Source: a virus
Lineage: Duplodnaviria > Caudoviricetes
IMG/VR virus record: IMGVR_UViG_3300031998_000053
Span: 1 to 64,000 of that record
Reading direction: 5' to 3' (one strand)
DNA: 64,000 nt
The notes below the pieces were generated by a model. The model made no database searches, was not told the DNA's origin, and saw nothing but the letters and a program-made list of their open reading frames with translations. A program made the position numbers and the translations under genes. Below, piece after piece: positions 19,696 through 29,109 of this stretch; the first letter of the stretch is position 1; the number at the start of each line of letters is the position of its first letter.

Positions 19696-20505
19696 ATCTC
19701 GAAATCTAATGTTAGCTGTCTGCTTGCTTCTCTGATTCGTTTTTCGGCAACCTTGAAATACTTGGGGTCTTTCTCAATGCCGATATACTGTCTTTTCTCC
19801 ATGATGGCCGCTACACAGGTGGTGCCGCTTCCCATCGTATTGTCTAAAATTACCCCCCCCCATTTGGCTATAAGTCCTTATCAGGTAGCGTAGCAGATCC
19901 ACGGGCTTTTGTGTTGGATGGAACACAGTGGTCTCATGCTCTTTCTGAATATGGATGATGCTCTGAGGAAATTTCTCGTTTGGTCGGGTAGGGGCCACCT
20001 TGCGTATTTGCTTATCGTAGTCATACGTTCTGCCGGTCTTGAACTGTCCGTAACAGTTGTTAGTCCTGGGGTGCTCCAACTTTCCCTGAGAATGGTTTGG
20101 CTCTCCGATGCCCATCTGAGGGTTAAAGACAGGTAACTGCTTATAGAACACACAAATATCCTCATGGCAGCGCATGGGCATACGGTTGGCATTCAGAAAG
20201 CCGGTGCCGCGTCCTTTATCCCATATCAGATTGTATCTCCAGAGCTTCCTATTGCTTTGCATGAGGTCGCTGGTAAACATTCCCTGGGCAAAGAGTATAA
20301 TTGCACCATTGGGCTTAATAATGCGCTCATATTGCGCCCAAAGTGGCTGGAATGGAATCATGCGGTCCCATTGCGCATTAGGGTTGTCTTTGTGAAGCAC
20401 TTGGTATGGTAGATCGCAGATGATGGCATCAATGCTTTCGTCTGCTATCCCTGTCATCACGTCCAGGCAGTCGCCTAAGTATATGTTGTTTGGCTCTAAG
20501 TTCAT
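19692..20505 (-). CDS. Beta-class N4/N6 DNA methyltransferase, frameshifted at a G9 tract (in frame at G8)
   Basis: DLPY, HPTQKPV; motif I VILDNTMGSGTT is reached only by removing one G at 19853-19861; the restored stop overlaps the next ATG (ATGA). Confidence 0.9.
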
Positions 20506-21122
20506 TTTGTTTCTATTGAGTTACCATCGTTTGTGACCTTCAGGCGAAACATCTTCAGGCGGTCATCACCATCTGATAGGTTGGCATTGAGCCAGTCCAT
20601 AATGTTCTCGCCTACGAACTCCATGATATCCTTTGTGTCGTAGGTGTCGCAGGATGGATAGGTCATTTCCACCTCGATGGTCAGTTTTTTATAGGGTTTC
20701 GGATAATTGAGCATCTGGTGCTTCCATTTCTCCATGTCCTCGAAAGAGGGTTTGAATTGTGGAAAGATAATCTTATCAGGGATAGAGCCTAATGTGCTCT
20801 TCGGAGCAGGCACATTCTTCACCTCTTCCAATGCCAGAAAGAATGCCTCGAAAGGGAATCTGATAATGCCTAATTCATCCCGTGGATGTAATTCGGTATA
20901 TTGCTTATCGAAGAGAGACACGATGCTTGGTACTGGCCTACCGCTAATGATACACATCATTCTTGCTGAGTATTTGATATGGCGGTGCTTGGTGCCTCGT
21001 GCCAGTTTTACGCCTGGTATTGGCGTTTCGTCGTAGATGACTGTCGTATCGAAGTCGTACACCTGTCCTACTTCAAACTTCGCTCCTTCGATTTCCAGTC
21101 CTATAATACACTTCGCTTTCAT
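20502..21122 (-). CDS. Hypothetical protein
   Basis: 206 aa ORF in operon. Confidence 0.7.
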   Translation of the reverse strand: MKAKCIIGLEIEGAKFEVGQVYDFDTTVIYDETPIPGVKLARGTKHRHIKYSARMMCIISGRPVPSIVSLFDKQYTELHPRDELGIIRFPFEAFFLALEEVKNVPAPKSTLGSIPDKIIFPQFKPSFEDMEKWKHQMLNYPKPYKKLTIEVEMTYPSCDTYDTKDIMEFVGENIMDWLNANLSDGDDRLKMFRLKVTNDGNSIETK

Positions 21123-21127
21123 AGTTG

Positions 21128-21295
21128 TTACTTTTTAATTAGTTCGTGCGCGTCGTAGCCGCACCATGTGCAGATGCCGAGAGCGACGTTAGGCGCATAG
21201 TTTTCTTTGCCACATTTGGGGCAGCGGATGAGCAGAAGGGTGTCTGTGTCCTCGTAGTGCTCAACACCTGGTGCTAAAATCTTTGGTTTACTCAT
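21128..21295 (-). CDS. Small zinc-ribbon protein (55 aa)
   Basis: Manual translation: CPKC...CTWC. Confidence 0.6.
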   Translation of the reverse strand: MSKPKILAPGVEHYEDTDTLLLIRCPKCGKENYAPNVALGICTWCGYDAHELIKK

Positions 21296-21314
21296 AATTT
21301 GATGAATTTATGAA

Positions 21315-21881
21315 TTATTTATATAGTCTTGGGTCAACTTTCATTGCCTCCAGAATAATATTTGTGTCCCTTATCAAGTCTTTGTTGCCGCCGTAGAGCT
21401 TATCCCAATTTGGTTTAGGACGGTATAGTATTGATCCGTAGTAATGCCATTTGCCATGACGAAGACTGAAGGCATCGCCTTTGCGGTCAACAATGATATA
21501 CTGAGGAATCACATGGATGGCACGAAGCAGGGCTTTGAGTTTGCGGGGACGGTCAACTTGATAAAACTCCTGGTGCATACGTCCGTGTTTATCCTTTACG
21601 ATGAATTTGAATTGCACGGTGTAGCCATGTGTGACGGCCCAGAGTAGCTGCTTTATGTTCTGATGCTCCCGTTTCTTCCATTGCTTCAGCATTTTTGATA
21701 TAGGGCTTGTGTCGCTCAAAATGCAGGTGCCGGTTGCATGGAAACTTTGTGGTTCCCATTCTCCTGGCTGAGTATAGTCACGAGGTTCATCGGCAATCTT
21801 TTCAGGTATATTCACTTCGGCCTCGAAACTGGTCATCGCTCCTGATTCCTTATCAATGATGGTAACTGTGCTCATGGGCAA
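21315..21881 (-). CDS. Hypothetical protein
   Basis: 188 aa ORF. Confidence 0.7.
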   Translation of the reverse strand: MPMSTVTIIDKESGAMTSFEAEVNIPEKIADEPRDYTQPGEWEPQSFHATGTCILSDTSPISKMLKQWKKREHQNIKQLLWAVTHGYTVQFKFIVKDKHGRMHQEFYQVDRPRKLKALLRAIHVIPQYIIVDRKGDAFSLRHGKWHYYGSILYRPKPNWDKLYGGNKDLIRDTNIILEAMKVDPRLYK

Positions 21882-22366
21882 ATCATTCTTTTTAGATGGT
21901 CTAATGCTGCATTGATTTCGTGGATGTTGTCATTATTGCTTTCCCCATACATACGCAGCAGCTCTTTCACACGCTGTTTGAAGGCTCTGTTTGGATGGTT
22001 AATCACTTTCATTTCGCTTCCGTCGGTTCCTTTCTCTACAACGATGTGCAGGCCGGAAATGATCTCTGCCAGTTCCTCTTTCGACACTTCACGCACAAAG
22101 ATGCCGGCTATCTCAGTATAGCGATATGTGTTGCCGTTTTCAATGACTGTCACGTTCCACTCAGGACAGCAGCCTGGCTTTGATGGCGGGTACTTGAAAA
22201 TCTGTTTGATGGTAACAACATTGCTGAAGATGTCAACAACCTTTTGGCCTACCTCAAAGAGAAATGGTTTTACGCTTGTTATGGCGTAGTCCTCTTCTTT
22301 ATTCCATTTGTCCCTGGCAATTACTGCACTGCCATCTTCTCGGACGTTTATTGAGTATTCTAACAT
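21872..22366 (-). CDS. Hypothetical protein
   Basis: 164 aa ORF. Confidence 0.7.
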   Translation of the reverse strand: MLEYSINVREDGSAVIARDKWNKEEDYAITSVKPFLFEVGQKVVDIFSNVVTIKQIFKYPPSKPGCCPEWNVTVIENGNTYRYTEIAGIFVREVSKEELAEIISGLHIVVEKGTDGSEMKVINHPNRAFKQRVKELLRMYGESNNDNIHEINAALDHLKRMICP

Positions 22367-22377
22367 GAATTTATGAG

Positions 22378-22803
22378 TTAATGATTTTTCTTATCGAGGG
22401 CCTGATAACTACGGATGCCTGTGTAGATGGTTCCGAGTTGGTCTTTCCCTATTTTATTGCGGAGATATTCTTTTGATAGTTGTACGATATAGCAGCCGCA
22501 ATGGTTTTCGTTGGCTTTTATTTCCGTAATGCTGAATCCCCATCGACGCAATAAGCGTAAGGCGATATTGAGATTCTTCTGACTATTGAATCGTATTCCG
22601 CAAGTTGGATCAAGTACGATTTTTTCTGCATAGTCTGGATTGAGAATGATGTTTTGTATAAACACTATTCCATGTTTGGAAAAATCCTCTACGAGCATTT
22701 TCTTGAACTCAGAGATAGGGAACAATTCTTTTTTCCGCTGCATCCTCGCCCTGAAGCATTCATCCATTAGATAGGTGTTCATAATTACTATTCTTTTAAC
22801 CAT
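22378..22803 (-). CDS. Hypothetical protein
   Basis: 141 aa ORF. Confidence 0.6.
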   Translation of the reverse strand: MVKRIVIMNTYLMDECFRARMQRKKELFPISEFKKMLVEDFSKHGIVFIQNIILNPDYAEKIVLDPTCGIRFNSQKNLNIALRLLRRWGFSITEIKANENHCGCYIVQLSKEYLRNKIGKDQLGTIYTGIRSYQALDKKNH

Positions 22804-23144
22804 TTACACATAGCTACACATTTGCCTTTGGTGTGTTCGCAGTTATCGTTGTAGATGCTGAAACCGAGTTTGCAATACCAGTCAATGAGGAATGTCCCCT
22901 TGCGGGCATCGAGATAGATGCTACCTAAGTCCAACTTGCGGGCAAAGGATTCCACTTCTTTCATTAGAGCGGTACCAATGCCTTGTTGCCTGTCGGTCTC
23001 AAACACCATGAGAGAATTTATATATCCGGCGCGTGGGATTTCGTCATCGAGTGATAGTGTTACCATTGCCCTGCCGTCTGATGCAACGAAGGTGTAGCTT
23101 TTTCCCCACCACCAAAGATTTTCGTGTAGTATTATTTCCTTCAT
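22788..23144 (-). CDS. GNAT acetyltransferase
   Basis: V..TDRQQGIGTALM acetyl-CoA motif; WYCKLGF. Confidence 0.85.
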   Translation of the reverse strand: MKEIILHENLWWWGKSYTFVASDGRAMVTLSLDDEIPRAGYINSLMVFETDRQQGIGTALMKEVESFARKLDLGSIYLDARKGTFLIDWYCKLGFSIYNDNCEHTKGKCVAMCKWLKE

Positions 23145-23551
23145 TCTTCTTCCTTATTTACTTTGGACCTAAAATCTAATGGGTTTAGTTTACGAGGTTT
23201 TTTTAGAGCCAGAATGAGATCATCGGCGTATGAGACTGCATCCTGTGCTATACACTGCCCCATGGTCTTGAATCCCTCTCGATATGCTCTTTGGTGCATT
23301 TGTTCCAGGAGTTGTGTATTGATGCAGCAGGCATTCAGGATGGCTTGCATGGCTTTTCCAGCAAATTGAGGGCGATACTGATCATAGTCTATATTGTCTA
23401 TCAGTTCCACTTCGTCAGGGGCTAATGGCTCTCCCATGCCTTCCAGCAGCACACGTCCATCTTCCAGAATTTTCTTCACAGGCATGGTAATGCCGGAGCT
23501 GATGATGCGCCCCTTCAGCGGTTCGTCGTAAAAGTTTAATGTATTTGTCAT
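23141..23551 (-). CDS. Hypothetical phage protein
   Basis: FAGKAMQAIL...AVSYADDLILAL. Confidence 0.7.
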   Translation of the reverse strand: MTNTLNFYDEPLKGRIISSGITMPVKKILEDGRVLLEGMGEPLAPDEVELIDNIDYDQYRPQFAGKAMQAILNACCINTQLLEQMHQRAYREGFKTMGQCIAQDAVSYADDLILALKKPRKLNPLDFRSKVNKEEE

Positions 23552-23742
23552 AATGTTTTATAGATATTGTCTGTTAATACTCTATTTACAATTTCATCTT
23601 GTATGCGTTTGAAGATGGTACGATGACCACAGCGGGTACATTGATAGTAGTACCTTTCCTTTTTAGGTTTGTATGGATCAATTCTCGTAAGTGGAACATA
23701 CCTATGACCTACCACTGAACAGATGATTTTCTTCCAATTCAT
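23548..23742 (-). CDS. Small Cys/His protein (C..GH...CTRCG)
   Basis: 64 aa ORF, ATGA-coupled. Confidence 0.6.
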   Translation of the reverse strand: MNWKKIICSVVGHRYVPLTRIDPYKPKKERYYYQCTRCGHRTIFKRIQDEIVNRVLTDNIYKTL

Positions 23743-23745
23743 GTT

Positions 23746-24597
23746 TCAGTAAAACAAGTTAATCATTTTATCGCTCAGATGGTATGGAGGCTGTGAGTTA
23801 TGTTTCTTATACCATGCCCTTATTTTGGCAATGTACTCTTCTGTATGCCACTTATCCATCAATTCGTAGCCGCTGTAATCTCTCCATGCTATCGTTCCAG
23901 TAATGTTCTTTTTGGAATCAAGCAGGCAGAGTGAGAGGTCTGTAAAGTTTCTGCACTCCCTACCGCATAGATGACCGAAAGCCGTGGCGTAGTCGTATTC
24001 TACGATGGCCATTTCTGAACAGTCTTTTTTGCGTATCAGATAGCCTGGGTACCAACGCTCAAAGTTTGCATTATATTCCAGCATTTTATTGATGGCTGGC
24101 AGTAGGTAACGCTCCCATTGTTCATCGGTATAGACGTGCTTCTCGATATACATTCTTGCGTCATCCAACATTTGCTCAGAGCTTTTGGGATCGTTGCCGT
24201 CGTGCGTCATGTTCATAGCCTCGTATTCGCGTTCCTCTTCCATGGCCATTCTTCTTTGATGCACTAATATGTTTCCATGCCATAGCTCCATTGTGCGCTC
24301 AAACATGGCCTGTGTCTCAGGGTTTATCTTTCGCGCTTTCAGATCATTCAATGTCACTTCACCTTCTTTGTGGCATTGTGTCAGTCCCATTTCTTTTTCC
24401 AGCCTATCCAGATTTCGTAGATCCTCCACATACAGTACAACTATGCCATGGTGCATAATGGCAATAGTCTCACCAGGTAATGCACAGAGCACGTTATCTA
24501 CGCTTCTAAGAAATTCCGATTGCGGATGACACTCTATATTCCACGCCTCGTAACCGTTGGTGTACTTTCTGAATGGGGTTTTATATTCTATCTTCAT
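23746..24597 (-). CDS. Hypothetical protein
   Basis: 283 aa ORF. Confidence 0.7.
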   Translation of the reverse strand: MKIEYKTPFRKYTNGYEAWNIECHPQSEFLRSVDNVLCALPGETIAIMHHGIVVLYVEDLRNLDRLEKEMGLTQCHKEGEVTLNDLKARKINPETQAMFERTMELWHGNILVHQRRMAMEEEREYEAMNMTHDGNDPKSSEQMLDDARMYIEKHVYTDEQWERYLLPAINKMLEYNANFERWYPGYLIRKKDCSEMAIVEYDYATAFGHLCGRECRNFTDLSLCLLDSKKNITGTIAWRDYSGYELMDKWHTEEYIAKIRAWYKKHNSQPPYHLSDKMINLFY

Positions 24598-24956
24598 TTC
24601 TTCTCAAATAAATTGTTTAACTTCCACTCGAAATCCTTATCACTATTTATCACATGATCAAAGGGCGTTTCTATCTTTTCGTGTATGGCAATATATATCA
24701 GACATGCCAGAACATTAAACCCGTAGTCACATTCTGTATGACTTTGTGAATAGTATGCTTGGGCACGAATTTCTAACAGGTACTTAACGAAGTCGTTAAT
24801 ATGCCATACAACATTATTAACTACACTCAGGAAACTGGAGCATTCGGGCTTATACTGATAATCCCATTCTTTATAGATTTCCTCCAGCTCTCCATAAGTT
24901 TTACGACCAATTTCCAAATATGGTTTCGGATAAAATGGTGTAGTTTCTTTTTGCAT
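24594..24956 (-). CDS. Hypothetical protein
   Basis: 120 aa ORF. Confidence 0.65.
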   Translation of the reverse strand: MQKETTPFYPKPYLEIGRKTYGELEEIYKEWDYQYKPECSSFLSVVNNVVWHINDFVKYLLEIRAQAYYSQSHTECDYGFNVLACLIYIAIHEKIETPFDHVINSDKDFEWKLNNLFEKK

Positions 24957-24971
24957 AAGTTACTGAATTTA

Positions 24972-25349
24972 TTATCTTTCCCAATAGGCATCGACAATCA
25001 TTTCTGAACAGTCGCCGATGTCAAATATACATTTATCACTGATGATAGTTAGGTGTCGTTTACCCTGAAGGATATAAACCATCTTCTCTTTGGCGTATTC
25101 GTCGGCAAACTGAGCGACTGTTATACCTTTTCGTGGAGCTTTGTGTTTGGGGTAGCCCTTTTCTTTGAGGTATTGATAATATGTGCTCCTGTAGTTGAAT
25201 GTAACAATTCCCCTGTCGGCACACCAAGTAAAGAGGTCAATAAAGGCTTCGCGCCATCCCATTCCTAAGAAATAGGAAAAGGCGCGAATTACACAGTCAG
25301 ATGTGCGTAAGCCCTTTGGGTTCAAATTGAAGTAAGCGTACTTTGCCAT
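24972..25349 (-). CDS. Hypothetical phage protein (NPKG..DCVIRA)
   Basis: 125 aa ORF. Confidence 0.7.
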   Translation of the reverse strand: MAKYAYFNLNPKGLRTSDCVIRAFSYFLGMGWREAFIDLFTWCADRGIVTFNYRSTYYQYLKEKGYPKHKAPRKGITVAQFADEYAKEKMVYILQGKRHLTIISDKCIFDIGDCSEMIVDAYWER

Positions 25350-25351
25350 AA

Positions 25352-25918
25352 TCAGTATAATAAAGGTAGTCTTACAAAGTGCTCATTTTCTGGAGTCTTA
25401 AACTCCTTATCCCATTTGCGCCCTATAATTTGCCATGTTGCCGGTAGCGTGATATCCTTGCTGATGGTGTTCCATGTGTCCCACTGGTCATCAAATATAT
25501 ATAGGCGATTAGACATTCCTGGCTGTGCTGTCATTTCTAACCATTTCGGTTGCTGAAGCAGATAGTCGAGTCTGTTCCAATCTCCATAATCTTTCGGGGC
25601 AACATTGATACCACTGACAGACTGCATTAGCTCGTGCCAATGAGAATATGCACCTTCTGTCCATAGCATCTTTCCACTGGTGTAGATGTAGATTCTTTGG
25701 ATGTTCTTATAGTGGATGCGAAGTCTGTCAACGATGGAAATCAATTCCTCTCTTAGCAGATAGAACGGATCGCCCCCAGTGAGACATACCGTATGAGCTT
25801 GTTTCAGATCCTCTACTGTTATCACAGGCAGTTTGTCTATGTCATAGAGTCTGTTGCAACACAGCGGGCAGTTGTGGCCGCATTTGTGGGTAATGTAAAG
25901 ATGATATATCTGTTCCAT
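25352..25918 (-). CDS. Radical SAM protein
   Basis: CGHNCPLC, LTGGDP, IYTSG. Confidence 0.85.
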   Translation of the reverse strand: MEQIYHLYITHKCGHNCPLCCNRLYDIDKLPVITVEDLKQAHTVCLTGGDPFYLLREELISIVDRLRIHYKNIQRIYIYTSGKMLWTEGAYSHWHELMQSVSGINVAPKDYGDWNRLDYLLQQPKWLEMTAQPGMSNRLYIFDDQWDTWNTISKDITLPATWQIIGRKWDKEFKTPENEHFVRLPLLY

Positions 25919-25921
25919 AAT

Positions 25922-26248
25922 CTATTGTGAGTTATATTCTTTTACTCCGTTTGGGTCGTAGTTACAGGTCACTTCGTGGTTCTCTGAATTGATGATTTCT
26001 TGATAATGTTCTTTAGTCAATCTATGCCACCAACCTTCGGAGTCTTGGCAGAGCATCTGACCGCTCTTCACGAAAGCGAACTTGCAATTTCTGCGCTCTC
26101 CGTTTGGATATAGTTTATCCTCACGAAGTTCATAGAGAATTTCACCGTTTTTGAGTTTGCGACAACATTCTACTACATCGAGGTTAAAGATAAGAGTGCT
26201 TATTTTGTCTGGAATCTCGATGGCGAGACTAAATTTCACTTTTGCCAT
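25922..26248 (-). CDS. Hypothetical protein
   Basis: 108 aa ORF. Confidence 0.65.
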   Translation of the reverse strand: MAKVKFSLAIEIPDKISTLIFNLDVVECCRKLKNGEILYELREDKLYPNGERRNCKFAFVKSGQMLCQDSEGWWHRLTKEHYQEIINSENHEVTCNYDPNGVKEYNSQ

Positions 26249-26555
26249 AATTATTAGGGTAAATATGTGTAACGCCTTCTGAGTCTTTGACTATCTTCTG
26301 TCCTGCTATATCCTTCAGATTGATGTCATCGTTAGGATGTTTCAGGTCGTATGCCAGACTGAGGATGTATTGCGCCAGTTCTTTCAGCTCTTTATAACTC
26401 TTGAATCGGAGTTTGATACTGTTTGGCTTATCCATGCTAACAGCAGTAAGTGTCATGGCGAAGGCATTGCCTTTTTCCTCTGACAATTCGCACAGAATTT
26501 CGTGCTTGTGATATACTTTTTCTTTTGCCATAGCTTTATGGATGACGGGTGCCAT
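26229..26555 (-). CDS. Hypothetical protein
   Basis: ORF in operon. Confidence 0.6.
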   Translation of the reverse strand: MAPVIHKAMAKEKVYHKHEILCELSEEKGNAFAMTLTAVSMDKPNSIKLRFKSYKELKELAQYILSLAYDLKHPNDDINLKDIAGQKIVKDSEGVTHIYPNNYGKSEI

Positions 26556-27111
26556 CGAAGTTATATTCTGACTCTTTTCCTTCTACTTCATCCCAATGTT
26601 TCTTGCAGAGATCTATGATGGGCTGATGAAGGAAATTCGTGCTAATAAACAAATCTTCAAATGATGCTAACAGGTCATCGTCACATTCTATGTGATCAAA
26701 ATCTACTCTATTTTCTTTTAGAGAGCTAACAGGTAGCATGGCTGAGACTTGAACACCATGGAAACGAAATGCAAGGTTGTACTCTTTTGGGTATTGCTGA
26801 TCATCTTCGTCATAGGTCCAATCATTAAGTGTTACCTGAGTACATATCAGGTTTTCTTTTAACTCTACAGCGTCTTTGCCGTAGATGTCTTTAATGTCGT
26901 ATGGCTTTCCGCAGAATGGGCAGTATTTTGGCCAGAGCATCACTTCGTCCCACTTCTGCTGATATTCGCCTGGCTTGCCTTTGAACTTTGGCTTATGATA
27001 AATGCCGTTTACGATCACTCTACCAGACAGCACTTCGCAATTCACGGTGGCTGTCTCATTGTACTTTTCTTTTAACAACTTATTGAAGTTCTTTACGCAA
27101 TCACATGCCAT
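26536..27111 (-). CDS. Hypothetical protein with CDC/CPFCG motifs
   Basis: 191 aa ORF. Confidence 0.7.
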   Translation of the reverse strand: MACDCVKNFNKLLKEKYNETATVNCEVLSGRVIVNGIYHKPKFKGKPGEYQQKWDEVMLWPKYCPFCGKPYDIKDIYGKDAVELKENLICTQVTLNDWTYDEDDQQYPKEYNLAFRFHGVQVSAMLPVSSLKENRVDFDHIECDDDLLASFEDLFISTNFLHQPIIDLCKKHWDEVEGKESEYNFDGTRHP

Positions 27112-27130
27112 AATTTTATGAATTTATGAG

Positions 27131-27367
27131 TTAATGATTTTTCTTACAGGGGCAATTAGCATAGTGCTCATAAGTCCAGTTGCTATATAGTCCTGGGCGT
27201 GAAGCCATATAGAGGTGCCCATTCTTTTTTGCTATGCAGTAGGTGTTGTATTCCTCTACAATCTCGAAGCCGTCATGTTCGAGGTCGTATTCTTCGCAGT
27301 GTTGTAAAACTACTGCCAGAACAACCAGGAAGGCGATAACCATAATGCCTTTGACAATCTTATCCAT
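27131..27367 (-). CDS. Small membrane-anchored protein
   Basis: N-terminal hydrophobic helix; H..NCPC C-terminus. Confidence 0.65.
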   Translation of the reverse strand: MDKIVKGIMVIAFLVVLAVVLQHCEEYDLEHDGFEIVEEYNTYCIAKKNGHLYMASRPGLYSNWTYEHYANCPCKKNH

Positions 27368-27379
27368 GCTGATGTATAT

Positions 27380-27865
27380 TTATGGTATAACACACAAATC
27401 TATGCCCATTGGGTCATGTTCATCGCAATATGCTTTGCATTCTTCGAGAGTGCCGCTGAATGGATATTCGTGTTCGTGGTGATTCCAGACAGCGTGTGTC
27501 TTTGCCTTGACCAGTTTATCCTTAAAATCCTGACTGTTCACGTCCATGTGAGCACGAAGTTTTAGTGCATCGTGAGGATTAAAGTGTAATGATGGTGTTT
27601 TGTCGATGATTTCTTTCATCACGGCCCAATAGGTGTTTTGTTCCCATTTGTTAGCAGGACGTGCGCGACCATCTGCACGGGTTACAGCCTTGCGCTCTAC
27701 GATGTCAATGCCATTAAAGGAAAATATCTGCTTATTGTTTTTTGGATTCAGTCCGAGAGACATAAACACACAGTTGCTTCCCTGTATTCTCATCAGAGTG
27801 CCAGGGCGATATATTCGCTTGTAATTTCTATTCTTCATAAATTTATGAATTGATGATTTCCTCAA
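27380..27865 (-). CDS. Hypothetical protein
   Basis: ORF in operon; start uncertain. Confidence 0.6.
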   Translation of the reverse strand: MRKSSIHKFMKNRNYKRIYRPGTLMRIQGSNCVFMSLGLNPKNNKQIFSFNGIDIVERKAVTRADGRARPANKWEQNTYWAVMKEIIDKTPSLHFNPHDALKLRAHMDVNSQDFKDKLVKAKTHAVWNHHEHEYPFSGTLEECKAYCDEHDPMGIDLCVIP

Positions 27866-28448
27866 TAGGTTTGTCGCTCTTTACACCGACGATGATCTCA
27901 GCAACACATCGCCTTTTGCCTTCATCGTCTGTAATATGTTTGGTGGATATAATTTCGGTGTCGATGATATCCATTAACAAATTATACTTAGCGGTATGTT
28001 CGATGTCTTTATATCTTCGTGACCGTTCATCGTTACTACACTCTATTACAAAGTCTCTCTCGTATTTGATAAAACCAGTAATTGTTTCCATTCTAACGGA
28101 GGCTGTGCGTATTTTTAATTCTCTGTTTTCTCTGAATGGATCGTTGATGTCGGCCAACTGTTCCGTCAGCTTCGCATTCTGTTCTACCAGCACTTTGCCA
28201 CCCTCGTAAAGTGATACATTCTCTTTCTTCAGCCGTCTGTTCAAAACTCTGAAAGCAAAGTTTGACAGGATAATTAGGAAATAGAGTAGGTTGAGAATGG
28301 TGTGATAGGTGTCGCCCTTGATGTAGGCTGCCACCGATATAGCCAAAAGTCCTACGATAAGCAGGATGTTGAACGTCCAGAAACAAATAGTCTTTACTCT
28401 TTTCATAATGATTACTTGATGATAGGTTTCTCTACTGTGCGCCACCAT
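27843..28448 (-). CDS. Membrane protein (2 TM)
   Basis: Two hydrophobic segments; start probably MKRVK. Confidence 0.65.
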   Translation of the reverse strand: MVAHSRETYHQVIIMKRVKTICFWTFNILLIVGLLAISVAAYIKGDTYHTILNLLYFLIILSNFAFRVLNRRLKKENVSLYEGGKVLVEQNAKLTEQLADINDPFRENRELKIRTASVRMETITGFIKYERDFVIECSNDERSRRYKDIEHTAKYNLLMDIIDTEIISTKHITDDEGKRRCVAEIIVGVKSDKPIEEIINS

Positions 28449-28888
28449 ACTTTTTCAAACTCTGGCTCACAGATAATCTCTTCCGCACCCTCATAGTCCC
28501 AGACATGGAAGAATGGGGCCTTGATGCCTTTGCTCTTGATATGGTCGTTACTGACAAATTTTCCGTAACGGATGGTGTCATCCTCTTCTGTATAGACAGC
28601 AACGCGATCACCTACCGTCGGCGGTAGCTCTGATGCTTTCATCCATGGCCAGCGGTGGATAGGTCGCTTGATCTGAATGTCGGTGCCGGCTGTCGGGCCT
28701 CCGTCGGCATCACAGGTGTAACGCTGGCTCTTATCGCCCTCGCTAATTATCATGTGGACTTTCGAGCGGTGCCAGTGCTCGATGCAGCTCTTTGCCCAAT
28801 CCTCTACGAAAGCCTGCTGCTGCTGTGCATCGGCGGCTTCCTCATTGTCTTCATACCAGAGGGTAGTTCTTAATTCGTACTTTGCCAT
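28412..28888 (-). CDS. Hypothetical protein
   Basis: 158 aa ORF. Confidence 0.65.
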   Translation of the reverse strand: MAKYELRTTLWYEDNEEAADAQQQQAFVEDWAKSCIEHWHRSKVHMIISEGDKSQRYTCDADGGPTAGTDIQIKRPIHRWPWMKASELPPTVGDRVAVYTEEDDTIRYGKFVSNDHIKSKGIKAPFFHVWDYEGAEEIICEPEFEKVWWRTVEKPIIK

Positions 28889-28890
28889 AA

Positions 28891-29082
28891 TTATAGGTGT
28901 TTTTTAGTCATCTGTTTCTCCAGACGTTCTTTCATGGCTTTGGCCGTTACAACAGCCCTGTCATGTTCTTTGGGGTCACGAAGCAGTTTACAGATGCGGT
29001 TTACCTGTTGGGGTGTCACCACCATTTCCGTAGCGGTGTTGATGGTAACACTCCCGCCAGTGATAGGATATTCTTTTTGCAT
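28891..29082 (-). CDS. Hypothetical protein
   Basis: 63 aa ORF. Confidence 0.55.
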   Translation of the reverse strand: MQKEYPITGGSVTINTATEMVVTPQQVNRICKLLRDPKEHDRAVVTAKAMKERLEKQMTKKHL

Positions 29083-29109
29083 TTAATGAATTGATGAATC
29101 TATGAATGA

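Noticed and set aside
16643-20505. Ordinary decayed pseudogenes
   Set aside because: Each gene has one lesion, always at a G tract, with catalytic motifs and gene coupling otherwise intact.
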